Positions 38,203-47,950 of a stretch of DNA of 64,000 nucleotides are shown one piece after another; within the stretch, counting starts at the first letter, position 1, and every line of letters begins with the position of its first letter. This DNA is from an uncultured Planctomycetales bacterium (GTDB taxonomy: Bacteria > Omnitrophota > Gorgyraeia > Gygaellales > Profunditerraquicolaceae). Position numbers and translations under genes: made by a program. The notes beneath the pieces are model-generated. The model saw only the letters and a program-made list of their open reading frames with translations, had not been told where the DNA came from and did not search any database. The stretch covers positions 506,862 to 570,861 of the forward strand of contig CAZIUK010000001.1 of NCBI GenBank assembly GCA_964542785.1, read 5' to 3'.

Positions 38203-39258
38203 CTAGTTAGTATAAACCTTCGTATTGAATTTCTTTATAACCCTAAGGAAGGCCTCTACTACTTTAGGGTCAAATTGAGTACCGCTTTTTTTACGTATCT
38301 CTCTTATAGCAGAATCTATATTCTTTCTTTCACGATAAGGCCTACCGTAAACCATTGCTTCAAAGGCATCAGCAACAGCCATGATACGCGCGCCCTCAGG
38401 TATCTGGCCCTTTTTAAGTCCAGAAGGGTATCCTGTCCCATCGTATCTTTCATGGTGATGCATAATAATAGGAATAACAGGCTTTAATATCTGCAAGGGC
38501 CTTAATATCTGTGCTCCCTTGATAGGATGTTTTTTAATTATATTATACTCTTTAGAGGTAAGCTTAGTAGTTTTTGTAAGTATCTCCAGAGGTATATCGG
38601 CCTTACCTGCATCATGAAGAAAACTAGCATACTTTAAACTCTGTATTTGTTTTTCATCCAAGCGAAGCTCATTACCTATAGCAACTACTAAACGGCTAAA
38701 ATAAGGAGAGTGCGTATATTCATTAGGAACCCTTGTATCTAAAAGAGTTACCAAAGACTTAACGCTCCCTAAAACTATTCTTTGCTGCTCTTCATAAAGT
38801 TGTAGATTTTTAATTCCGGTTATAGATTGTTCTACAGAAGTAAGCAGTATATCTTGATCAAACTTCTCAAAAGGGGACTGATTTTTAAAACGTCTTACAA
38901 TAATTAAGCCTATAAGATCATCGGATATTAAGGGAGCGGCAATTAAATTAGGCCTTCTTATAACCGAACTGTTTTTAAGTATCCTTTTTTCTACCCTATC
39001 AGTAATTTTATTTTTTTTATCGTTAATAAAACGGCGCTTATTACTAATAGAAGACCTTAAAACAGAATACTTCTTTGTTGCATCCAATAATGCAATCATG
39101 CAGTAATCAGAATTTAATATCTGGGCGAACAACTTTGTTAGCCTACCGACTAAATCTTTTAAGTCATAGGTAGAATTAATCAACCTGTAAATAGCGTGTA
39201 TAGAAGATACTAATATCTTATACCGCTTCGTAGGGGGTAAATAGTTTTTTGTATTCAT
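38203..39258 (-). CDS. GAF-domain HD-GYP phosphodiesterase (c-di-GMP)
   Basis: HD...HHERYDGTGYP signature with the GYP motif intact. Confidence 0.8.
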   Translation of the reverse strand: MNTKNYLPPTKRYKILVSSIHAIYRLINSTYDLKDLVGRLTKLFAQILNSDYCMIALLDATKKYSVLRSSISNKRRFINDKKNKITDRVEKRILKNSSVIRRPNLIAAPLISDDLIGLIIVRRFKNQSPFEKFDQDILLTSVEQSITGIKNLQLYEEQQRIVLGSVKSLVTLLDTRVPNEYTHSPYFSRLVVAIGNELRLDEKQIQSLKYASFLHDAGKADIPLEILTKTTKLTSKEYNIIKKHPIKGAQILRPLQILKPVIPIIMHHHERYDGTGYPSGLKKGQIPEGARIMAVADAFEAMVYGRPYRERKNIDSAIREIRKKSGTQFDPKVVEAFLRVIKKFNTKVYTN

Positions 39259-40369
39259 CTAAGGCATACCTATCTGTCATTGCAGCAATGTAATCACATA
39301 CTGCCCTCTTCGTCCCATCCTTAGCTACCCTTTCTTGTATATCCAAAGGCAACTGCTTAGGATTTTTTAGGTAAACTTTAAAAAGTTCCTGTATGAAGCG
39401 TTTTGCCTTAATACTCATACGCACTACGCGAAAATGATGATAAAGCCGATTCAAAAGAAAATCCTTCAAAGGCACCCTTAATTTTAACATATTGTTGCTA
39501 AAAGTAACCACTTTTTTGTTTAACCTTCTTACGCTATCGCAGTTAGTAGGTTTTAATAAAAGTATATTCTTCTCTGTCTCTTTAATTAAATCAGTAACCT
39601 GCAAATCAATAAGCGAACGTATAATAAGGTATCTTTTTTTAATGGACGAGATATTCCCGTATTCTTTAGATATCCTCTTGTCTATGTCTCTCCATATATC
39701 TATCTTTAATAAATCAGATTCTACTATTAATCCTGAAGCTAACCCATCATCAAGATCATGGTTATCATAGGCTATCTCATCGGCAATATCAACTACCTGA
39801 GCTTCAAGACTTGAAGAAGGAAACTTAGCAAATTCTTTCACCTTACCTGCAACATCAAATAAGGTAGAGTGCTTTATTATCCCTTCTCTTACTTCCCAAG
39901 TAAGATTCAGCCCCGGGAAATGAGGGTATCTCTCTTCAAGGTAATCAACTATCCTTAAGCCATGCGCATTATGATTAAACCCACCTTCTTTAAACATAAG
40001 CTCATTAAGGGCTTCTTCTCCTGAATGCCCAAAAGCAGTATGTCCTAAATCATGGGCTAACGCAATAGCCTCTGTTAAATCTGAATTAAGGCATAAAGCT
40101 GAAGCTATTGTCCGAGCAATTTGAGATACCTCTAATGTATGGGTTAAACGTGTTCGGTAATAATCTCCTTCGTGATTAACAAAAACCTGAGTTTTATATT
40201 CCAGCCTTCTAAAGGCCGCTGAATGTATTATCCGATCCCGATCACGCTGGTAGCAGGAGCGATAAGGATGCTCTACCTCAGGATAAACCCTCCCTTTGCT
40301 TTCTGAGCTACTCATAGCATATAGGGCAAGAGAACCTCTATCCTTATTTATCATTTTTTTTCTATACAT
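39218..40369 (-). CDS. dGTP triphosphohydrolase-like HD protein (Dgt family)
   Basis: HDLGHTAFGHSGE HD motif and Dgt-family length and pattern. Confidence 0.75.
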   Translation of the reverse strand: MYRKKMINKDRGSLALYAMSSSESKGRVYPEVEHPYRSCYQRDRDRIIHSAAFRRLEYKTQVFVNHEGDYYRTRLTHTLEVSQIARTIASALCLNSDLTEAIALAHDLGHTAFGHSGEEALNELMFKEGGFNHNAHGLRIVDYLEERYPHFPGLNLTWEVREGIIKHSTLFDVAGKVKEFAKFPSSSLEAQVVDIADEIAYDNHDLDDGLASGLIVESDLLKIDIWRDIDKRISKEYGNISSIKKRYLIIRSLIDLQVTDLIKETEKNILLLKPTNCDSVRRLNKKVVTFSNNMLKLRVPLKDFLLNRLYHHFRVVRMSIKAKRFIQELFKVYLKNPKQLPLDIQERVAKDGTKRAVCDYIAAMTDRYALDEYKKLFTPYEAV

Positions 40370-40859
40370 TATTAATTTTTACTATTCTTGCCTTAATATC
40401 TCCATTGATCTCAATTATCCCATAGGAATTAAACTTAGAGTAAAATCTATCAAAGAGAGATCCAGGGTTAAAATAGAGGGTATTATTTATTTTTTTATTA
40501 AGAGCCATATGGGTATGCCCGAAAATAATAATATCAAGCTCCTCTACCTTAAAGGCGTCATTTAATACAGAGATTATATTAACAGGCGCGCCACTGCCAT
40601 GAGTAATCGCAATCTTATACCCACCTACATTAAAAAGGCTCTTTGCGGGAAGCTTTTTCTTTAATTCTTCGGAATCCATATTCCCATGCACAGCCCGAAA
40701 ATCTTTAGCTAGGATTTTTAGGCTTTGGAAGCATTCAACCTCTGTAAAATCGCCTGTATGTATAACTAAATCAGCGCTCTTTATATCATCAAGCAAGCTC
40801 CCAGGAAACTCTTTAATCTCACCGCAAATATGAGTATCTGATATCGCAACTATCTTCAT
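40362..40859 (-). CDS. YfcE/MJ0936-type metallophosphoesterase
   Basis: Calcineurin-like motifs DTH, GDFTE, GNMD, GHTH. Confidence 0.75.
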   Translation of the reverse strand: MKIVAISDTHICGEIKEFPGSLLDDIKSADLVIHTGDFTEVECFQSLKILAKDFRAVHGNMDSEELKKKLPAKSLFNVGGYKIAITHGSGAPVNIISVLNDAFKVEELDIIIFGHTHMALNKKINNTLYFNPGSLFDRFYSKFNSYGIIEINGDIKARIVKINNV

Positions 40860-42448
40860 GGTATAACCCTAGGCCTTGAATAAAGATCAAAGAGGTAATT
40901 TAGATTATTAATATCCCAAGCCCAAACCTTCTCTTCCATCGCCCTTAATCTTGTATTTGCATCTATATCATCTAAAGTAATAATTACCTTTCTTTGCTGC
41001 TTATGCCTATATTTTCTGCACTCTTTGGAAAACTCAATTATATCTTCTTCTTTTAGGCTTTTGGCTTTAACTGCCACTATCCAGAGAGATTGAGCAGAAC
41101 GCCCAATCAAGCCTTTTTTAAGCGCATTGCCTTTAAACTCTAAAGGCTTTATCTCCCGAAAATGATTCAACCTTATCTTCTTTTTTTCTATTTGTAAAAT
41201 TTCATCTTCAAAAAGCCTAAATAAATCATTCATCCTCTCCATAAGCGTTTTTTGAGAGATAAGCGTAAATTCCTGAATCATAGCTTCTATCTGATCACGA
41301 AACCTCGCCTTTTGATTTTTTGCATCAAAGGTTAAAGAGTTAAGCTTTTCTTGATAAACAAACTTTAACCAAAAACTAAAAACACGGTCATTAATCTGCA
41401 GGAAATCCCCACTGCGAGTAATAATGTCTAGCTCTAATAACCGGGTAATCATAAGGTTAATCTCACTCTTCTTCCTACGTAATATATGCACCAATTCTTT
41501 TAGTTTATTCCTACCGCTAGATATAAGATGAAGGATATTTATACTATCGTTACCTGAAGGGCGTTTATCAAAGCGCTTTAAATAATTAACAAAACGTTGG
41601 TTTAAAACCCCTGAAGTAGCAAATAATATATCCTCTAAAAGCTCAGGAAGGAGAGAGTCTTTTTTAGCTAGAAGCGAATCGCAGATAATATCAATATACA
41701 TCGGATACCCACCAGTAAAATGTATGATAAATTCCTTGGAAGGCAAAGAGATATCCAAATCCTTAAGACGTAAGTTTAAATACTCCATACTCACCCTTGT
41801 ATCAAAAGGCTCAATGGTAATAATCTCAAAATTCCCAAAAAGCAAAGAGAGCCCCTTAGAGAGTATCTCTTTGGCTTTAAACTTTAAAGAACTGATAATA
41901 ATAAACATAGTATGTTTGTTAGAGACTAAGGCCTTTGACCAATCTTTATAAAAATTTTTAAAGCCTAAAAGCTCTAAATTATGGAATTCATCAAAAATAA
42001 TTACTGATGATTTGCCTGTCTCCTGATAAAGGCTCTCACATAAAAAAATAAGCTCAGGAAATATCCCAGAAGTTTTTCTCTTAGATAAGTTGCTTAAGAT
42101 AGACTTTATTTTCTCTGTTGTTTTGGGGATATAACGCAAAGACCTATTAATAAGAAAATCCAAATCCTCCTTTAATATCAAGCCGCTATTACTTAAAAAG
42201 TTATAAAGCAACACGCCGATAAACCTTTTTGAAAAAATCTCTACAGACTCAATACGGGTATCAATAAAAAGAGTCAGAATTTGGTTATCATGAAAAGTCT
42301 CTATGAATTTAAAAATTAAGGAAGTTTTCCCAACTAATTCATCTCCTATTATAGCTATATTCTGGCGGTAATTATCTTTAAGTCCGCTAACACGCTTATT
42401 CAATAACTCTAACTGTGCTTGACGTCCAAAAAAATTATTCTTACTCAT
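40856..42448 (-). CDS. AAA+ ATPase (archaeal-ATPase-type) with a C-terminal DUF234 restriction-endonuclease-like domain
   Basis: Walker A IIGDELVGKTS and Walker B IIFDEFHN; 530 aa; the C-terminal region carries the DUF234 pattern. Confidence 0.65.
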   Translation of the reverse strand: MSKNNFFGRQAQLELLNKRVSGLKDNYRQNIAIIGDELVGKTSLIFKFIETFHDNQILTLFIDTRIESVEIFSKRFIGVLLYNFLSNSGLILKEDLDFLINRSLRYIPKTTEKIKSILSNLSKRKTSGIFPELIFLCESLYQETGKSSVIIFDEFHNLELLGFKNFYKDWSKALVSNKHTMFIIISSLKFKAKEILSKGLSLLFGNFEIITIEPFDTRVSMEYLNLRLKDLDISLPSKEFIIHFTGGYPMYIDIICDSLLAKKDSLLPELLEDILFATSGVLNQRFVNYLKRFDKRPSGNDSINILHLISSGRNKLKELVHILRRKKSEINLMITRLLELDIITRSGDFLQINDRVFSFWLKFVYQEKLNSLTFDAKNQKARFRDQIEAMIQEFTLISQKTLMERMNDLFRLFEDEILQIEKKKIRLNHFREIKPLEFKGNALKKGLIGRSAQSLWIVAVKAKSLKEEDIIEFSKECRKYRHKQQRKVIITLDDIDANTRLRAMEEKVWAWDINNLNYLFDLYSRPRVIP

Positions 42449-43122
42449 GATAGATAAAATGTAGGGTTTTGGGGAGTCTGCCCCTTCCTTATTTCAAAAT
42501 GAAGATAAGCATTCTTACCTGAGGTAGAAATACGACTTATAACTGTCCCCCGCTTAACCATCTCTCCTGGCTTAACAAATATATCAGAATTTACTCCATA
42601 AACAGTAAAGAATCCGTCTGCGTGGTCTATGATTAGAGTCGCCTCTAACCCGGCGAATTTTTTGCCTAAAAAGACAACCCTCCCTGAACGAGAAGCTAAA
42701 ACATCACCGCTATCATAGGGAGTTAAAATTAAACCTTTATTAACCATATTCTTAAAAGTAGCGCCAAAAGGACAAACCACCCTTCCTTTAACCGGCCAGA
42801 TAAAATCATCCCCTACGCTATATTGATGCTCTAGCACCTTATCTCTTAGCTTATCCGGAATAAAAATCTTCTGCCCTACCTCAATAGACCTATTATCTAA
42901 AATTCGGTTTATCTTGGTTAATTGCTCTAAATCTACCCCATATTGTTTAGATATTCCCCAAAGGGTTTGCCCCTTAGTCACCGTATGGTAAATACCAGAA
43001 GAATCTAAAATTGGTAGTTGCGAAGGAGGATAGATATTCGGCGTTGTAGAACATCCTAAAATATAAAGAATAGGTAATACTAATAAAGGAGTAAAGAAAA
43101 ATACCTTTCTTTTAATAAACAT
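42445..43122 (-). CDS. LysM-domain M23 peptidase lipoprotein
   Basis: Lipobox LGC; LysM (TVTKGQTLWGISKQYGV) followed by an M23 domain (HADGFFTVYG, HFEIR). Confidence 0.8.
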   Translation of the reverse strand: MFIKRKVFFFTPLLVLPILYILGCSTTPNIYPPSQLPILDSSGIYHTVTKGQTLWGISKQYGVDLEQLTKINRILDNRSIEVGQKIFIPDKLRDKVLEHQYSVGDDFIWPVKGRVVCPFGATFKNMVNKGLILTPYDSGDVLASRSGRVVFLGKKFAGLEATLIIDHADGFFTVYGVNSDIFVKPGEMVKRGTVISRISTSGKNAYLHFEIRKGQTPQNPTFYLS

Positions 43123-43132
43123 AACTTTATAA

Positions 43133-43203
43133 AGCGGGCGAGCGGAATCGAACCGCCCTATCCAGCTTGGGAAGCTGGTGTTCTACCGATGAACTACGCC
43201 CGC
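43133..43203 (-). tRNA. tRNA-Gly (anticodon CCC)
   Basis: The reverse complement GCGGGCGTAGTTCATCGGTAGAACACCAGCTTCCCAAGCTGG...GGTTCGATTCCGCTCGCCCGCT is near-identical to E. coli tRNA-Gly(CCC) as recalled; anticodon loop TTCCCAA; no CCA encoded. Confidence 0.85.
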
Positions 43204-44460
43204 AAGCTTAACCGGACAATACCCCCCGCACATAGTGCATACCTCATTATCTAACGGCTTAGAAGAAGACCTGTATTCTTTAGCCTTATCAGGGTCTATA
43301 GATAATTTGATCTGATTAACCCAATTACGAGCTCTTCTAGAAAGAGAGATCTGCCTATCAAGATTAATTGCCCTTTTATTTTTTTTAACTATATCCGCCG
43401 CATGCGCTGCTATCTTAGAAGCTATCACCCCCTCCTTCACATCGGATAAAGAGGGGTGCCTTAAATGCTCAGCCGGGGTAACATAACAAAGAAAATCAGC
43501 GCCAAAAGCTGCAGCAATAGCCCCTCCTATAGAAGCATTTATATGGTCATAACCACTTGCAATATCCGTAACCAGAGGTCCTAATACATAAAAAGGCGCT
43601 CCGTAACAAAATTTTTTTTGCATCTCTATATTCTTTTTAATAAGGTTTAGCGGAACATGCCCGGGGCCTTCTATCATAACCTGAACGCTTCTTCTTCTTG
43701 CCTTAAGTGCTAATTCCCCTAAAATTTTAAGTTCGGTAAATTGAGCGCTATCGTTTGCATCAAGTATAGAACCAGGGCGCATCCCGTCTCCTAAACTCAA
43801 CACCACATCATACTTATAAGCTATATCCAATATCTTATCAAAATGCTCAAAAAACGGATTCTCTTTTTTATACTTCTTAACCCAACTAGCTAATATCGCC
43901 CCACCCCTTGAGACTATATTTAAAATTCTCCTACTCTTCTTAAGAGCGCTTATACTTTTTTTTGTTACTCCCGCGTGTATTGTAAAGAAATCAACCCCTT
44001 CTTTAGCTTGAGATTCAAGAACCTCCAACATATCTATATAATCAAATTTTAGTAAATTGCCTCTTTTTTGAGCATTCACCGCTAATTCATAGACAGGGAC
44101 AGTGCCTACAGGAATAGGCGAATAGCCAAGGACCTCAGCGCGCATCCTCTTTATATTGCCACCCACGCTTAAATCCATAATAGTATCCGCCCCATATTTT
44201 ATACAGATATCTATTTTTTTTAACTCATTTTTAATATTGCATTTATCGGTAGAGGTACCGATATTAGCATTAATCTTAGTTAAAACACCCTTGCCTACTG
44301 CACAAGGATTTTTAAGAAAGCGCGAATTATTCTTTAAGATAACCGTCCTGCCTGACTTAATATTTTTAAGTAGCATTGAAGAAGGCAACCCTTCTTTTTT
44401 TGCTATCCTACACAAGGTTGAATTAATTTTATTATTCTTTGCTTCTTCTAATTGGGCCAT
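43183..44460 (-). CDS. thiC: phosphomethylpyrimidine synthase
   Basis: 425 aa; ThiC pattern including the C-terminal CTMCGGYC Fe-S motif; the 3' end overlaps tRNA-Gly by 21 nt. Confidence 0.9.
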   Translation of the reverse strand: MAQLEEAKNNKINSTLCRIAKKEGLPSSMLLKNIKSGRTVILKNNSRFLKNPCAVGKGVLTKINANIGTSTDKCNIKNELKKIDICIKYGADTIMDLSVGGNIKRMRAEVLGYSPIPVGTVPVYELAVNAQKRGNLLKFDYIDMLEVLESQAKEGVDFFTIHAGVTKKSISALKKSRRILNIVSRGGAILASWVKKYKKENPFFEHFDKILDIAYKYDVVLSLGDGMRPGSILDANDSAQFTELKILGELALKARRRSVQVMIEGPGHVPLNLIKKNIEMQKKFCYGAPFYVLGPLVTDIASGYDHINASIGGAIAAAFGADFLCYVTPAEHLRHPSLSDVKEGVIASKIAAHAADIVKKNKRAINLDRQISLSRRARNWVNQIKLSIDPDKAKEYRSSSKPLDNEVCTMCGGYCPVKLAGVVHR

Positions 44461-44876
44461 TTTACCATTTTAGTTAAAACCTGTTTTTCTACCTCATAAA
44501 TTGAATAACGAAGATTCTTAAATTTTATTGACACCCTAACGTTAGATAACTTAGTAAACTCCTCTAATACCCTTACTGATTCTTTTACTCTTTGGATATT
44601 AGCCATAAATATATCCATTATCCCCAATCTCTTTAACTCATCCCCTTTAATCCTTTTACCGGTATCTTTAAGGCTATCGCGGTTTCTTATAAAATTAACC
44701 CTAAGATCAAGCTCTCTTACCAGGCGAGTTAATTTATGCCTAATCTTCTTAAAAAGAATAGTGGAGTTTTTGTTCTCTAAAGCAAACCTACAAACCTCCT
44801 CACAAACACGTAAGCCCTCTTTAGCGCGATTAATATTAGCGTCAATAATACGGTTAATGATTTTTTGTTTTAACAA
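44448..44876 (-). CDS. hypothetical protein
   Basis: 142 aa; function not recognised; translationally coupled between the hldE-domain gene and thiC. Confidence 0.35.
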   Translation of the reverse strand: MLKQKIINRIIDANINRAKEGLRVCEEVCRFALENKNSTILFKKIRHKLTRLVRELDLRVNFIRNRDSLKDTGKRIKGDELKRLGIMDIFMANIQRVKESVRVLEEFTKLSNVRVSIKFKNLRYSIYEVEKQVLTKMVKWPN

Positions 44877-45339
44877 TTTTATTTATAAGATTGGTCGTAG
44901 AAAGCCCTTTACAGAACTTTACCCTTGCAACCCTTCCGCCACGACTTAAGACAAAATTATTCCCAACTATCTTCTCTTTACTCCAATCAGAGCCTTTAAC
45001 TAAAATATCCGGCTCTATCTTTTTTATAATATTTAAGGGGGTATCTTCGTTAAATTTTAAAACAAAATCAACGCTCTCTAAAGCAGCGACTAACTTTAAA
45101 CGATAACCCTCTCCTACTATAGGACGTAAGCTACCCTTAATCCTTCTTACCGAAGAATCGCTATTAACCCCCACTATAAGAATATCCCCTTTGGCTTTAG
45201 CATCCTCAAGATACTTAGCATGCCCATAATGAAGAAGGTCAAAACAACCATTAGTGAAAACTATCCTTTTGCCTTTCTTTTTAAATTTTAGAATTTTTTT
45301 CTTAAGGGCACTTAAACTCTTTATTTTATCTTTCAACAT
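44854..45339 (-). CDS. hldE: D-glycero-beta-D-manno-heptose-1-phosphate adenylyltransferase (RfaE domain II / HldC)
   Basis: Cytidylyltransferase motif FTNGCFDLLHYGH; 161 aa single-domain form. Confidence 0.8.
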   Translation of the reverse strand: MLKDKIKSLSALKKKILKFKKKGKRIVFTNGCFDLLHYGHAKYLEDAKAKGDILIVGVNSDSSVRRIKGSLRPIVGEGYRLKLVAALESVDFVLKFNEDTPLNIIKKIEPDILVKGSDWSKEKIVGNNFVLSRGGRVARVKFCKGLSTTNLINKIVKTKNH

Positions 45340-45950
45340 ACGCCAAGCTTTTCTACTAATTCACAAATAATATGTCCGATTAAAATATGACACTCCTGTA
45401 TCCGAGGAGTATCATAAGAAGGCACGATCAAGGAAATATCCGCGTTATTTTTAACCTCTCCTCCGTCGCAACCGGTTAGAACTATTGTATAAAGACCCAT
45501 TTTTTTTGCTTCCCTTAATCCTAAGGAGACATTTTTAGCTTTTCCACTAGTAGATATACCTAATACTATATCTGGTTTTTTGGCCAGCGCTTCAATCTGC
45601 CTTGCAAATACAGTCTCATAACCAAAATCATTAGCCAATGCCGTTATTATTGATGTATTTACAGTAATGGCTATAGCTGGTAAAGCAGGGCGATCTTTTT
45701 TAAACCTACCTACCAATTCCGCGGCAATATGCTGGGCATCGCTTGCTGAACCACCATTGCCAAAGATAATTAACTTCCCACCTTTTTTAATAGAAGATAA
45801 TATTTCATTAGCTATTTTAATAATATCCCCTATATTGACTTTAATAAGTTCTTCTTTGACCCTTACGCTTTCTAATATAGCATCTTCTACTACCCTACGC
45901 ATCTTACTCCCTTTACCCTGAAAAAACTTTAGCAACATTATACAATTCAA
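45333..45950 (-). CDS. gmhA: phosphoheptose isomerase (SIS domain)
   Basis: FGNGGSASDAQH SIS motif; 205 aa. Confidence 0.85.
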   Translation of the reverse strand: MNCIMLLKFFQGKGSKMRRVVEDAILESVRVKEELIKVNIGDIIKIANEILSSIKKGGKLIIFGNGGSASDAQHIAAELVGRFKKDRPALPAIAITVNTSIITALANDFGYETVFARQIEALAKKPDIVLGISTSGKAKNVSLGLREAKKMGLYTIVLTGCDGGEVKNNADISLIVPSYDTPRIQECHILIGHIICELVEKLGVC

Positions 45951-46950
45951 GGTCCACAGTTTTTAATTTTTTTACCGCTTCCTTTAAGGACACATCCACT
46001 ATGCTAACCCCTTGCAAAGCTGCCATCCTCCCAAATTTCTTATCCTTAATCATCTCTACTGCCTTTACCCCTAACCTTGTCCCGAGGACTCGGTCAAAAG
46101 CAGTAGGAGAGCCTCCCCTTTGAAGATGTCCTAAGACTGCAACCCTTGTTTCAAAACCAGTCTTTTTTTCTATCTCTTTAGCTAAAATATCCCCTATTCC
46201 ACCAAGCCGCACATGGCCAAAAGCATCTAATTCTTGCTTCTGAAGCACCATCCCTTTTTCTTTAAATTGCGCCCCCTCAGCCACTACTACTATGCTAAAA
46301 TACTTTCCCCTAGAACGCCTCTTAGTTATTACCTCACAAACCTCATTTAAATCAATCGGAATCTCCGGGATTAACGTTACATCAGCTCCTCCGGCTATCC
46401 CTGCTTCAACCGCAATCCAGCCTGCATGCCTACCCATTACCTCAACAACTATAACACGATGATGGCTCTCAGCAGTTGTATGCAACCTATCTATCGCTTC
46501 TGTAGCTATATTTAAAGCCGTATCAAAGCCAAAGGTATAATCTGTGGCAGAGAGGTCGTTATCTATAGTCTTGGGGACCCCAACTACATTAGTTAATCCA
46601 TCATCAAAAAGCTTTGAAGCCACACCTAAAGTATCTTCTCCTCCAATTGCTATTAAAGCATAAAGACCCATTTTTTTGAAATTTTCCCTTACCTTTTCTA
46701 CTAAACCCTCTTTCTTGTAAGGATTAGTACGTGAGGTCCCTAGTATAGTTCCGCCTTTATTAAGAATACCCGAAACGGTATCTATATTTAACGGAGTAGC
46801 AATATTCTCTACCAACCCCTTCCACCCATCTTTAATCCCTACAAACTCAAAACCTTCTAACAAACCTTTTCTTACTGCTGCTCTTATTACCGGATTTAAC
46901 CCTGGACAATCTCCTCCTCCGGTTAAAATACCTATCCTCTCCATTTTCAT
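45913..46950 (-). CDS. pfp: 6-phosphofructokinase, predicted PPi-dependent
   Basis: PFK N-terminus GILTGGGDCPGLN; GGEDT (Asp where ATP-PFKs have Gly104) and PKTIDND (Lys where ATP-PFKs have Gly124), the published PPi-specificity signature. Confidence 0.75.
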   Translation of the reverse strand: MKMERIGILTGGGDCPGLNPVIRAAVRKGLLEGFEFVGIKDGWKGLVENIATPLNIDTVSGILNKGGTILGTSRTNPYKKEGLVEKVRENFKKMGLYALIAIGGEDTLGVASKLFDDGLTNVVGVPKTIDNDLSATDYTFGFDTALNIATEAIDRLHTTAESHHRVIVVEVMGRHAGWIAVEAGIAGGADVTLIPEIPIDLNEVCEVITKRRSRGKYFSIVVVAEGAQFKEKGMVLQKQELDAFGHVRLGGIGDILAKEIEKKTGFETRVAVLGHLQRGGSPTAFDRVLGTRLGVKAVEMIKDKKFGRMAALQGVSIVDVSLKEAVKKLKTVDLELYNVAKVFSG

Positions 46951-46970
46951 CTTCTCCTTTTAATTGATAG

Positions 46971-47570
46971 TTAAACTCTCTCGTAACCGGTAAAAGGAGC
47001 TGTTAACCCCTCTTTCTCCCAGTCCTTCTTCTTCTTTTCTTCCGATGCTACTATCTTAGCCACATGAATCTTAACAATAATCTGCTCTTCTATGCCTAAA
47101 ATCTCTTGAATCCTTCCCCTTGTTATCTCTTGTAAGTGTGAAGTTAATTCCGGAATATTAACCTCTCTTTTTAATATAACCCTTAAATCAACAATTATTC
47201 CTTTTTTACTGGCGATTACATCAGGCCTAAGCTCTTTTATCTCCGGTATAGCAGTTGTAAGCCTACGTATTAAATCCTCAACCGCAGAAAGGGCTATAGT
47301 CACTTCTCCTGAAGAAGTGCTAAAAGCTATCGTCTTCTCACGCTGAAGGCGCCCAAGAATCAACTGGGCAAAAGAAAAGCTTATTAAAATTAAAAGCAAT
47401 CCGGATAAACCAGTAATCATGCGGGTATTAACGCTCTCTTGGATATGAAAGAGCGCTTGATTTATATCCTGCGGCAATAAGAGATTAAAAGAAAAGGATA
47501 TTAAAACTATACCTGTTAAAATTATAACCGTTGCATAAAATAGTACCCCTAGAACAGTAAATATCCTCAT
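46971..47570 (-). CDS. Asp23 membrane-anchoring protein (AmaP-like)
   Basis: N-terminal TM helices followed by an Asp23-like region; directly downstream of an asp23-family gene. Confidence 0.5.
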   Translation of the reverse strand: MRIFTVLGVLFYATVIILTGIVLISFSFNLLLPQDINQALFHIQESVNTRMITGLSGLLLILISFSFAQLILGRLQREKTIAFSTSSGEVTIALSAVEDLIRRLTTAIPEIKELRPDVIASKKGIIVDLRVILKREVNIPELTSHLQEITRGRIQEILGIEEQIIVKIHVAKIVASEEKKKKDWEKEGLTAPFTGYERV

Positions 47571-47572
47571 AA

Positions 47573-47950
47573 TTAGCCCCTTTCTATACCGGTTACATTA
47601 ACATTTATATCCTTAATTAACAAGTTAGTCATCTTCTCTAAAGCCTGCCGGACACTATCCTGTACCATTCCTGCTACCTCAGGAATATTAAAACCGTATT
47701 TTATTATTAAAGGTATCTCTATGCTAACCTCCTGACTCCTGCCAATCTTAACGTTAACTCCTAAGTTACCTTTTCTGCCCAAAATTTCTACAACTCTAGC
47801 CCTTAGGCTTTTATCTACGGACTTTACCCCAGGGGTCTCCACCGCTGCAATAGAAGCAACAGAAGCAATCACATTTTCATGTATTCTAATCAAGCCTAAT
47901 TCCGTACGCGTCTCTTCCTGTGTCAATCTTCTAGCCTCCCTTAAGTTCAT
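47573..47950 (-). CDS. Asp23/Gls24-family alkaline shock protein
   Basis: 125 aa with the family pattern ([25 protein letters not shown]). Confidence 0.7.
   Translation of the reverse strand: MNLREARRLTQEETRTELGLIRIHENVIASVASIAAVETPGVKSVDKSLRARVVEILGRKGNLGVNVKIGRSQEVSIEIPLIIKYGFNIPEVAGMVQDSVRQALEKMTNLLIKDINVNVTGIERG

Noticed and set aside
44461-44900. Possible TPP riboswitch upstream of thiC
   Set aside because: I searched this segment for the reverse complement of the conserved CTGAGA box and THI-box features and found none. The region is fully coding (the 142-aa ORF is translationally coupled).
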